Shown here: one piece after another, positions 13,250 through 23,759 of the stretch
Position numbering within the stretch: position 1 is the stretch's first letter
Layout: every line of letters begins with the position of its first letter
NCBI GenBank assembly: GCA_964106645.2
Contig: OZ067049.1
DNA from: Podarcis pityusensis
Taxonomy: Eukaryota
Length of the DNA: 64,000 nucleotides
Reading direction: 5' to 3' (one strand)
The notes under the pieces: generated by a model
The model's database searches: none
Seen by the model: the letters and a program-made list of their open reading frames with translations, nothing else
Told to the model about the DNA's origin: nothing
Position numbers and translations under genes: made by a program

Positions 13250-13630
13250 TTGAGCGGAGGATACAGGGAAACAATGAGGTGGCGGAGGCAGAGGCGCAGG
13301 GCTGGGGCAGAAGCGAAGCGGGAGCGAGCGAGCCGCAGCCACAGCAGCAGCAGCAGCAGCAGCAAATCGCTGGTGTGGTTGCTACTAGCAACACAGCGGC
13401 CCGGAGCACCTAAGCGGGGAGGTGGAGAGAGAGACGGGGGGGGGGGAGGCGAGGAGGGCTCTGGGCCAGCCGGGCTCTGCTCCCAGAAGCCCCTCGCCCG
13501 GTCCAGGGGGGTCTCCAGCCCCGGGGCAGCGCCGCCGCCTCCCCCAGGAAGGCTGCGGCTGGACAGTCGCTGCTGCTGGAGCCAGGATGCACTTTCTCGC
13601 CGCTCCGCCGGGTAGACAATGAAGAGCAAG
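13250..13630. promoter_or_regulatory. Small CpG island with (CAG)n and X-box-like GTTGCTACTAGCAAC (13378-13392)
   Basis: GC-rich, 5'UTR-like composition; motifs read directly. Confidence 0.45.
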
Positions 13631-13889
13631 ATGGCAGATAGGAGGGGGTGTCTCTTCCTGTGCCCCCCATCTTCCTCACTGGCAGGGCGGAAAGGGATCG
13701 TGTCCTCTTGGCACAAGAAGACCACACCTTAGCGGGGTCCTTTTCGCGTGGGGAAAGGTCGAGGCTGGCACAAGCCCTGCTCCTATTGAGGGTTCCTTCA
13801 AAGGAAGGTCGTTCTGCTGGGCTCCAGCGGGTAAGGAAGGGTGCCTGGGATTTTGGCCCAAAAGTATGTGCGTTGAGTTAATGTCCTCG

Positions 13890-14112
13890 CTGCTGCTGGA
13901 TCAGATTTCTCTAGACCAGTATCTTCTTCCCAGCAGAGGCCAGCCGTATTCTTCCAAGACTCTGGCCAAGCAAAGAGTGAGGACCACAACCTCTCTTAGT
14001 TGTTTGTCCCTGTTATCAGCCGCTGCTTAAGAGGTATAGTGCCTCTGCCTTTGGAGGTTCTATTCAACTATCATAGCCAAATGCCAACTATCATTGCTAG
14101 GCCTATCTTCAC
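13890..14112 (-). mobile_element. CR1 LINE 3' fragment, degenerate
   Basis: ctgctggatcag...ctagaccagtatc...gaggtatagtgcctctg...ggaggtt...tatcatagcc, typical of squamate CR1 3' ends. Confidence 0.5.
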
Positions 14113-14964
14113 CATCAGCCATGCTGGCTGAGACTGAGGGGCGTTGGAGTAGGACAAGGTCTGGAGAGACAAGGGCTAACCTCTTTCAGCAAGACAAAAA
14201 CATTTTTCGCACACTCTCCCCTTCCCACATAAGCGCGCCTTGAGGAGGGGCCTTGATCCGGGTCAGTTAACCCCTGATTTTAGTGGTTTGTGAATTGTAA
14301 CCAGAGCTACACCTTACTAAGCGCCCAGAACTCATATCCTGGGTTTCCCATTCTAAATACACTTACTAGGGAGTGAGCTTCATGGATTGTAGTGACTGAG
14401 ACTTCTAAGGAAACATCCCTCGGATTGCAGTGTTAGAAGCCGGGTGTCCTCCCTGTCCCGGGTGTCATTTCATATTCCTGCATGTAGGGATGAGCATAAG
14501 AACATAAGAACCTTACAGGGCTATTATAAAGATCGTTGAACTGTAACAATACGTTGAAATATAATTGAAACCCCTAAACACACTGTTTCGAATACGAAGT
14601 ACAAACCATTACAGTAAAGCCCCAAATCCTCCATCCACTGATTGACTGGAGGTTTTGAAAGGTGAAATCGTTGAGGGGAGGTGGACAATTTATTTAATTT
14701 GTTCATGAATTTTATTTTAGTTAGTTCGTGAATTTTATTTCAGTTAGATAGCCTCTCGGGGTAAGCCTCCCTCACAAGGCGGCTTACAATAAGAGAAGCA
14801 AAACCATCAAGATAATGTATATATCTCCAGAGTCGGTTTTTTATTATTTCAGGACATATTGGCGAAGTTCCCTCGCTCATAAGGGAGCCCTTGAGTGCCT
14901 CGGGTGAGGCCTTAGCCCAGGCTCTGTCGGCCCCCGTACCCACACCTCCCTCTTTACTGCTTAC

Positions 14965-15092
14965 CATGGGCGTAGCCAAGGGTGGGGGCAGAGAGGGGCA
15001 GCTGCCCCCTAAATCGATAAAAATCAATAAAAAGTGCATAGCTAACTGAGGTTCTGCCCCCCCCCCCAACAAAAATCCTGGCTACGCCCATG
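14965..15092. mobile_element. hAT-type MITE, young
   Basis: TIRs catgggcgtagcca / tggctacgcccatg; perfect 8-bp TSD ctgcttac (14957-14964, 15093-15100). Confidence 0.9.
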
Positions 15093-16462
15093 CTGCTTAC
15101 CAGCCTTTCTAACAAATGGGGCTGAAAAGGAGGCGTGTGTATGTTATCTTTCTGGTTCTAAGCTGATTTGGATGTTTGTTAGAAAGGCATCGGAGCTGAA
15201 AATAAAGCAAGTCACAGAGCCCTTTTATACACGTCTTCTCAATGTAACTCTTATTTAATCTCACAGGTATTAAAAAGCGAATACAGGATTGCACCCTAAA
15301 TAAAGGAAGACCCTTGGTAGACCTCAGGAGGAGAGAAACCAAGGCGAGACGCAGAGCCCGTTACTCTGCCGATTTACTCGGAAGTAATGCCAGTTGAGCC
15401 CAGTGGGACTTAGTCCCTAGGCCTAGGAAGTTTGCACAGAGTTGCAGAAGTGTAGCATTTTGGAAGGCTCGCCCGGATCCACGTTCCCACCTCGCCGGTC
15501 TGGGAGGCTCGCGCAGCCCCTAAGGAGGCCGAGGGGCCGCTGTGTTGCTCCCTCCTCCGTCCGACGCGGATCCTGCTTGCCATTTACAGCGAGGCCCAAC
15601 AGAGAAGTGGTGAAAGTTCAAAATGTCAGCGCTGAAGGAAATGTCACTGATGGCTCCTCTACGCAAAAGGTCAAAACCTGAGGAGAAAAGAGCATTTCTC
15701 TCCATCCTGGGACTGCTAGCCGTTCCCCTTCAACAACGCCGAGCTCTTCGAAAGCTACAAACAAGGTTCTGGTTATGAATGCTGTTTCTATCCACCCTTA
15801 CCTTTCGGAGTATTGCCATGCCTTCATTTTGTTTAATCTTAACAACAACCATGTGAGGTTGTTTAGGCTGAGAGAGGGGATTCGCTCGAGGTCTTTAGCC
15901 CAATATTCCGTCCACGACACCCCACCGGATTTTGGTATAGCCACCACGCACAATGGGTGCCCTACTGAAATCGAATGGGGCTGAGCTCCAATGGGTGAAT
16001 TTAGCGCCAGCGTGGGAACCCCGGCTCTGTATAGTTTTAATATACTGTTTATCCTACTAGGGTGGCCAAAGGCAGGGCTCTTACACCTTTAATTATGTTG
16101 CCACCTAAGCTCCGCCTTCTGAAATGTGCAACTATGAAAGGCGGAAGGACAGTCTTTTCCATCTGAGCGCCCTCGGCTTCCCGTCAGCAGATTTAAGGCT
16201 TGCCACCCGCCCAACCTCTCCAGTAGTACCATCAACGGATCGAAATACAATAGGAAAAGTGATCCGCGTTGTTTCTTGACATCTTCAAGCCGGGAAAAGA
16301 TTATCGCCTTGACTTCCCGCGCTTCCCGAACTATCCAGAAGAGGATGGGGGAAGGATCCTCTTCTTCAAAAGGTCCGGGGGCTGTAGCCCTGACAGGGTT
16401 CCGGGGCTAAGCAGTGCCCCCACTCAAGGATCCACTCTAGCCTAATGGTGAGACTCTAATTC

Positions 16463-16675
16463 GTTAGAGTGTTGGACTAGGACCTGGGAGACGAGGGTTT
16501 GCCTATCTGCTCAGCCATGAAGCACACTTGGGTCAGTCACCATCTCTTAGCCTAACCTCCCTCACAGGGATGTTGTGAGGATGAAATGGGAAGGAGCAGA
16601 AGAACCATGTGCACCACCTCGAGCTCCTTGGAAGAAAAAAGGTGGTATATAAATGTAAAAATAAATAATAATAAA
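16463..16675 (+). mobile_element. CORE-type (MIR/Squam3-like) SINE
   Basis: tRNA-like head gttagagtgttggactaggacctgggaga, CORE-like cctaacctccctcacagggatgttgtgagg, (TAAA)-type tail. Confidence 0.75.
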
Positions 16676-17022
16676 CATGGACTGCAAGGAGATCAAACCT
16701 ATCCATTCTTAAGGAAATCAGCCCTGAGTGCTCACTAGAAGGACAGATCCTGAAGCTGAGGCTCCAATACTTTGGCCACCTCATGAGAAGAGAAGACTCC
16801 CTGGAAAAGACCCTGATGTTGGGAAAGATGGAGGGCACAAGGAGAAGGGGACGACAGAGGACGAGATGGTTGGACTGTGTTCTCAAAGCTACCAGCATGA
16901 GTTTGACCAAACTGCGAGAGGCAGTGGAAGACAGAAGTGCCTGGCGTGCTCTGGCATGCTCTGGTCCATGGGGTCACGAAGAGTCGGACAAGACTAAACG
17001 ACTAAACAAGAACAACAACAAC
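16676..17022 (+). mobile_element. RTE-BovB LINE, 5'-truncated 3' end
   Basis: Encodes WTARRSNLSILKEISPECSLEGQILKLRLQYFGHLMRREDSLEKTLMLGKMEGTRRRGRQRTRWLD (BovB ORF C-terminus). (CAA)n tail; 12-bp TSD aataataataaa at 16664-16675 and 17023-17034. Confidence 0.92.
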
Positions 17023-17759
17023 AATAATAATAAATTCTTAACTTTGCAGGTCATTTTGCTTCAACTGGGTCGCACCAAAGAGCTCAGGAACCCACCTTGG
17101 GCTGGAGCGCGTTCTCGCGCGGCGCGGCGCCGGAGCAGTTAATGGGTTCCCAGCGGACGCTTCACAAAGCAACGGACCTGCCTTGTCCCTCGCGAAGGAG
17201 ATGCGCATCTGAGCAGCTCCAAACGCCGAAAGAACACAGAGCTTTACCTTCCCATCTGGGAGCGGGGAGAATTTCCTGGCAGACGAAGCAGGGAACTTCC
17301 TGGGCTTTCACTGATTTTTGAAGCGCTTCTCGAGAACCTGAAGTCAGGAAGGCTGAAGCAAGCCAGGAGATCTAGATCTGATGTTTTGACCCCGCGCAAA
17401 TTTGTTCTCGAAGGACAGGTTTCCCTCCTCTTCCACGGTGAGGGCGACCTTTCTTGCCTTCTCCTCTCGGATCCTAAACTTAAGTCGGAAGAGAATCCGG
17501 CTGGAGGTAGGAGGGAAAATGCTAGCACAATATGGCTAGGTTTCAGATAATAATGAAATTATTAATTAATAGTAATAATACCTAAATATGTGTGCCTGGT
17601 GCCCTGTGTGCCTGACGGACCAAGGTGGTTTTGGAACAAGGGTTGCTGTCAATAGTTTTTCTTCAGGTGGAGGGCAATTTGCTTGGAACTGGGTGGAAAT
17701 AGTAGGAATGCCGTAATTTTCGCGCAATATATTGAGCTGAGTCTTGGCAGATCAGAGAG

Positions 17760-17890
17760 GTGAGGCGTTTGTGGGCCTCCAGGCGCTGATGGACACCATC
17801 TCCCATCAGCCCCGGCCAGCATGGCCAATGGTCAGCTCTGATGAGACTTGTAGTCCAGCAAAATCCGGAGGGCCACGCGTTCCTCCTCCT
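17760..17890. mobile_element. Older copy of the palindromic hAT MITE family
   Basis: gtgggcctccag...ctcccatcagccccggccagcatggccaatggtcag...tgtagtccagcaaaatccggagggccac; fragments also at ~8950-8995 and ~14112-14170. Confidence 0.6.
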
Positions 17891-18480
17891 CGGCCCTGCA
17901 GTCCGAGAGGGAAAAGGAAAGGTTGCTATGACTGAAGGGACTATACTCCACTGGAAGGTAATGTGTCAGCGGCAGACGCCTCAGCTCACCTCGTAATTCC
18001 GCCGCGAAAAGGGAGATGATCCCGGCAGCCTAAGCTGGGTGGCAAAGCTGTGCTAGCCGGAAGCGGCCGCCGTTCTTTGGAAGGGGCGAGAGGATAATAG
18101 CTAAAAGGCAGATCTGTCCATAGAAGGAAGGGGATGGAGAGAAAGAGAATTGCTAGTCTTCCAAATACAGCTTATTTGTCCACGGTCGTAGCTTTTGCCT
18201 GTGAGAGCAATTGCTAAGTAGGGTTTGTGGTCGAAGCCATCCTTGCAGCAGAGACTCCCGTTTCCTTGAAGCTGTGCTGATTTTAGGGGCAAGTTCGCTT
18301 CGTGGGGCGCAAGTACTTTAGCAGGACAGGGCAACTCCCAAGGAGCCGCGCACAGGATCGCTCCCTGGCCCTCTTTCCTAAGTGAGGCTTACACTGCAAT
18401 GCTAGAGACAGTTACTCAGAAGTAAATTCCATTGGACACAGAGGCCTTGCTCCTTAGTAAATTTATTTGGAATGGTAGAA

Positions 18481-18523
<43 letters not shown>
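18481..18523. repeat. (ATT)n microsatellite
   Basis: Read directly. Confidence 0.95.
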
Positions 18524-18525
<2 letters not shown>

Positions 18526-18859
18526 TTGGCAGGCCCTAGTCTATACTTCGAATTCAAACCCGGACTGGGTTTAACTTTACCGCCTGCTCTTTACACGTGA
18601 GAATTCTGACTTGGCCACATCTCCTCTTGTCTTGTATCAGCTGTAAAACCTCGAATCTCCACTGGAAGGGTTGCTGTTGCTTTAAAGTTTAACCTCATTT
18701 CTCAATCCGGGTTGGTTTGAGAAGCGGAGTTGGCTTCAGGGTGGGGGGAAGCCTGGCGGGATGACACAGCTACCAGAATCCACCCACTGTCCGCCCTCTC
18801 TAATATCTCCCCGGGCCACCTCTCAGGCCTCCCCCCACCCCACCCGGGTCTGCTTCCCG

Positions 18860-19100
18860 CCAGGCAGCAGCGCGTCGATCCAGTTTCGAAATTTGGCGGC
18901 GGGAGGGCGCCCAATGGGGGCGGGGAGCTGGGCTGCGGCGGAGTGCGCAGGCGCAAGATGGCTCCTGCTTCTCGGAGGCGCTTCGGTGCGGAGCTAGAGC
19001 GGCTGAGCTGCCTTCTCCGACCTGAGAGAGGGAGGCGGGGAAGGGGAGCGAGAGGCCGCGGGCATTTCTGTCTCGAGCTCCCTTCTTCGCACGCCTGGAA
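18860..19100 (+). promoter_or_regulatory. Promoter-like module: E2F-like, CCAAT, GC box, NRF1, YY1
   Basis: tttggcggcggga at 18892, CCAAT 18911-18915, GGGGCGGGG 18917-18925, TGCGCAGGCGCA 18944-18955, AAGATGGC 18955-18962. Confidence 0.55.
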
Positions 19101-19137
19101 AAGCGAAAAGAGGAGCCAAGGACCTGGGGAGCCCAGG

Positions 19138-19257
19138 CATGGGCGCAGCCAAGGGGGGGCAGAGAGGGGCAGCTCAATAAATCAATAAAAATACATAAAA
19201 ATACATAGCAAACTGAGGTTCTGCCTGCCTCCCCCAAAGATCCTGGCTACGCCCAGG
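19138..19257. mobile_element. Second copy of the same hAT-type MITE
   Basis: catgggcgcagcca...tggctacgcccagg; TSD agcccagg / agccccgg (7 of 8 match). Confidence 0.85.
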
Positions 19258-21526
19258 AGCCCCGGGGAGCCTCTCCAAAGCGTGGCTCTTTTGCAAAGCG
19301 AACTGGGGAGCAGCAGCAACACGAAGGGGATCCCTGGAGAGAATCCGTTTCTTTCCCATTCGGTGGAAGCGCCTCTTGTGCCTCCTCCTCCAGCTGCTGC
19401 TGCTGCTGCCTCATCCAGCGGGGAAAGAAAGGGCGACTAGGCTTGCAATCCTATGCACACTTGGATGGAGCGCACTCTCCGAAGCCCAGCGCTATGGTTC
19501 AGTTGCAGCGCAAGCCTAACCATGCCTACTCAGAAGTAAACGCTGCTTAATTGAATGGGGTTTACTCCCTGGTGAGTGGAGCAAACAGCCTTCTTGTCTT
19601 TTTATTCCGTTCGTTCCTGATTCCTTCCCGCTCCTTTGATGTCTCCTTCCTTTCTTTGGTCATCTTCGCCTTTTCTTCTCTCTCAAAAAATAATAATAAA
19701 TAGAGCCCGGTTCCGTTCTCCTCTCTTGGGCTTGTTTGCAGCGCAGGCGGTTGTGCCCCCCTTTGCGCTCCCTCCCAGCCTTTTGCTGTAGGATAGCGGC
19801 TGAGTGTTGGCACCGCAAGGTCCAGCGGGGTCGGAGGATGCGACTGGGACGCCCAGAAGCGTCCCGAGATGAGGAGGGAGGACGCACAGTTCTTGCTTGC
19901 ACACGGCTTGAAGCCGCCTCCTGCTCCGTTTCAGACGGCAATCCGCGCGGGGAACTGAAGAGAGACAGGGAGAAGGTAATAATAAAATAAACAGCTCGGA
20001 AGTAACTCCTGTCGAATTCAAGTAGGGCTAAACTCCCAGGTAAGCAGCCTGAAGGCATCCAGTGTAGGAGTGAGTTTGCGTTGCGAAGTGACAGCGCAAA
20101 CGAGAGAGATCAACAGTCTTCTCGGAGCAGACGCTTGAAGCTCACACCTAAGGAGTGAAACCGTCCCAAGGTTGGCAGAAGAAGCAGCTAAGTGGCCGAG
20201 CTGCGCCTCGCTCAGCTTGCCCTAGATGCTGGCATCAGACCCAGACAGCCGAATTCCTGCCCGGGTTCGGCTGGTGGCTGAACTCGGAACTGCAAGCGAA
20301 GTGAGCTCTTTCTTCCATTCTTCGGTGCGGAAAGCGAGTTCAGAGGTGGTGGTTGGAATTTGGGGAAGGAACGCAAATAACGCACGAAGGAGAGAACTCG
20401 CGTACGTGGATCAACAAGATTCAAGGATCCCAGTGGCGAGCTATATAAAGAATCGCAGATACAGGATCTCTTGCACAGATCCACCTTCTAAAGTGAATTG
20501 TAAATCCTCGCCGGAGAGAATCTCCTGCGTGTAAACGGAGTGGGTGAGGTGGGGGTGGGGGAACATCTGGAGAAGTCGGACTGGGCAGCCGCACGGATCC
20601 CCGAAAGAAAAAAACGAAGCAGAAGCATCCGCGAGGGAAGGGGGAATGTTGCGCGCATTCTCGGGCCGTTAGTTCTCCCGCCGGTCCGACGATTAATAAG
20701 CAGCTCTCTCCTCGCTTTTCCGGATCTATCGGAAAAGCTCCGCGTTACTGTCCAAGTGGGACACCAGCTAAAAGCCTGGCCGGTGCGTTGGCGCGACGGC
20801 TGAGTCCCAATCCGAAGGGTGGTGGTGCTAATATAGCCTTGTAACTTTGCAGCCCAATATCGGAGGAAGCAAACTCTCTTTCGCAAGGGGAACCTATTTG
20901 TATTTCGTAGGACAGAGTCTATAAAGCGCGTTTAATGTGCGGTCTTCATAGTTCTTGCAACAACCACGCCGATCTTCAAAAGACCAGATCTTTGCTGCGC
21001 CTGTTTTACGGAGAAAAATAAGACGTCGCCAGAACAGTCAAGGTTGAAGCTTAAGGTTCCAAAAAGAGGGCAGAGACTCCAGGCCTGCAAGTCCTACGTT
21101 CTGAGCAGTATGGCCTGCGGCCCCCACTGAACTCGGAGGTGTGGGGCTTTACTCGTTAGTGAAGTGAAATACACTCTGCACATGTTCAGAAACACTTAGA
21201 TAAGACACACGGTTCGGGATTGGCTTCCTTTCCCTCTCTGAATATTGTGCAGTACTGATGCCTTCCAAGCTAACGTGCGTTACTGTGCTTCAGTTCGTAG
21301 GTTTACTCAGAGTAAAACCAGCCCTCCGTTTTGGGAAAGCCAGCAATGAACTGCGCAGCCGATGTTCGCTTTTAGAGCTCCCTCGGCTTGGAAACGTTTT
21401 GTAGAGCAAGTCAGTGAGCGGACGCAGCGGGAATTCCCTTTGCTTCTTGGATTCCCTTTTAAACTACAGTATTATTACTCACAACAGTTTAACACAGCAT
21501 TGAAGTTTGTATTCAGATAAACAGGT

Positions 21527-21620
21527 TTACAGGGCCACCAGATGCATGTCTGCTCAGAAGTAAGTCCCACTGAGTTCAATGGGGTTTACTCTGAGGTAAG
21601 TGAGGATAGGACTGCAGTCT
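21527..21620. repeat. Representative copy of a ~95-bp hairpin element present in more than 20 copies
   Basis: catgtctgctcagaagtaagtcccactgagttcaatggggtttactctgaggtaagtgaggataggactgcag. Other copies near 760, 3160, 3630, 3770, 5330, 6640, 8130, 9185, 10865, 11275, 11440, 12315, 12545, 14355, 15370, 18390, 19505, 19995, 22330, 23125, 40595, 44815, 47070, 59505. Confidence 0.75.
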
Positions 21621-21984
21621 TGCACAAGGGTAAAGTTATACTGCGCCTCACCAGGTATAAATAAACAAGTCCCCCCCTCGCCCTTCACCTGCGTGTTGGG
21701 GCGTCCTGAGAAAACCTTGGGAAATCCAAGATGAATAATAGACTTTGATGGAAAGTAACGCGATCCTAACCGCTACTAATAAAATTAATCCCATCCTGTT
21801 TGTGTTTGTATTATTATTGATTATTATTATTATTTATTATTATACCGCCCTTCATCCGAGGATCACAAGGCGGATTACAATATCAAAGGGAGTTCCGCGT
21901 GATCGCTCTTAGGATCCGGGAGGCAGCAGTAATCACCTGCTTTTACAGCCATCTCCAAAATTATTAAAAGGAAGAACAACTAAG

Positions 21985-22200
21985 AGGTTTGTGACGACTT
22001 CAAAGGCTAGCACATTTATTGTGCCACAATGAGCTTGTGTGGAACAGAATCCACGTCATCCACTTGCTTCTGATGAAACCGACGTTACTTCACGAAAGTT
22101 CACGAAAGTTATTATGTCATAATAAAACTCTGAAGTCTTCCTCTTAGACTCTTCGTCGGTGTTTCAGCAACCACCACGAACAGGCACCCATCTGGAAATC
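21985..22200. mobile_element. Penelope-like terminal-repeat remnant (inverted arrangement)
   Basis: tttattgtgccac...gagcttgtgtgga...ccacgtcatc / ctgatgaa...cacgaaag...aataaa; a similar fragment lies at 53925-54050. Confidence 0.5.
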
Positions 22201-23150
22201 CTTTCAAAACCGTGTTCTTTTTCTTAAGGTGTACTCACGGTATAAAAGGAAGATAAAATGTTCACCATGACTCCAGTAACCCGGCGAGAGTGCAGGTTCA
22301 GGCAGTGACCCTCAAAGCACTGCGATGGAAGCACGCTTCATTGAAATGAATGGGACTCGCTCCCAGTTAAACGTGCTTGTCTGGTGGATGCAATCAACCC
22401 ACATTTATCTTCGCAGAATTAGCAATACCAATACAGTATCAGTTCAGTTTCAAAATATAGCAGCGTTTGCCGTGATTGAACTGGAACCAAATTGCGCAAA
22501 CTTGGTTTGATTTATCGGCAGTTCAGAACTTTGGGTTCAACATTGGCCTTTGTGATAATTATTCCATCTTCTTATACTTGGTTAAAGTCGTTTTTTTTAC
22601 CTTTTTTCCTCCTTTGAAAAACAGTCAGTTGAGGATTTTTTCAGAACTAATCCAAAGCAGGAAAAAGACTTGTTATAACACAGCTGCTTTAATTCCTTTC
22701 ACTGTTAGTGAGATGGAATTCTGTCAGAAGCGACTAGTACAGTCTATGGACTGTATGTGAGTTAATTCATGTGCATGAATCTAGATCCAACCTTCCTCTC
22801 TAAGATATTTTATTGTGAAACAATAAGGGAACAGGGATGTGTGTGTCTATGTGTTTTCCCTGGAAGCCCGATCTGATTCATGAGAGGGATCCTATTCTCT
22901 CAAACTGTATTTTATATCATCATTGGAAACACGCGTTTTCCCCTTTTAGAATCTCTTTTTGGATTGGTTTGATCTGCCCAACTAAAAAATTATTCGACTA
23001 CCTAAAACTGAATTTGTGCTTGTGACTACGTCTATCACGAAAAAAAGAATTAGTCTGAAAGAGACATTACTTCAAAGTATATATCTCACATTTACATTAG
23101 CAGCTGAAGGACTACAATCGCTCACAAGCCAATCCAAACTACTTTTACCA

Positions 23151-23199
23151 GGAAGAAAGGAAGGAAGGAAGGAAGGAAGGAAGGAAGGAAGGAAGGAAG
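23151..23199. repeat. (AAGG)n microsatellite inside a hairpin-element copy
   Basis: Read directly. Confidence 0.95.
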
Positions 23200-23759
23200 T
23201 CCCTTTGCTTTCTATTGATCTTTGGCGCTATCTCCCAGGAAAGCGCGTGTACAGGACCACAAACTTCATAGGTTGCAAGTTCCATTTAGTTAAGCTGAAT
23301 GTTCAACTTTAAGTGTTAAATCCGGTGAACATGATCTCCGGATCTCTTTTTGGAGACATACAAAAGTTAATAATACCCTTAAACATTGACTCTATAACGT
23401 TACAAGAAGTAGCAACGGGGTATATGCAAAAGTAATGATTTAATGACCGTAAGCAAGACAAAGCAATAGAATTTGTGCTTCTTTCGCAGACTGGAGACAA
23501 TGAAATGTTTAGCTACAATTTCCCCGTACAAACATGAAAACAATCGTCATATAGGATAACCACCCTCACGAATGCGTAACTGGTGAGTGAAGAACACACG
23601 CGCGCGCGCGCACACACACACACAACGTTTGACCAAAAGCAAAGCACAAACTGAAAAGTATTTGGCGGCTCTTCACAACGCTTAACTTTTAAAACAGTCC
23701 TTCTTTTCCCAAACGCAACGCCTTCAGAGGCCCGCCTTGAAGAAGGGATTCCCCGCAGC

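Noticed and set aside
757-23260. Dispersed palindromic repeats as a CRISPR-like array or miRNA cluster
   Set aside because: Eukaryotic locus with irregular kb-scale spacing, diverged copies in both orientations and no cas genes; MITE dispersal explains it.
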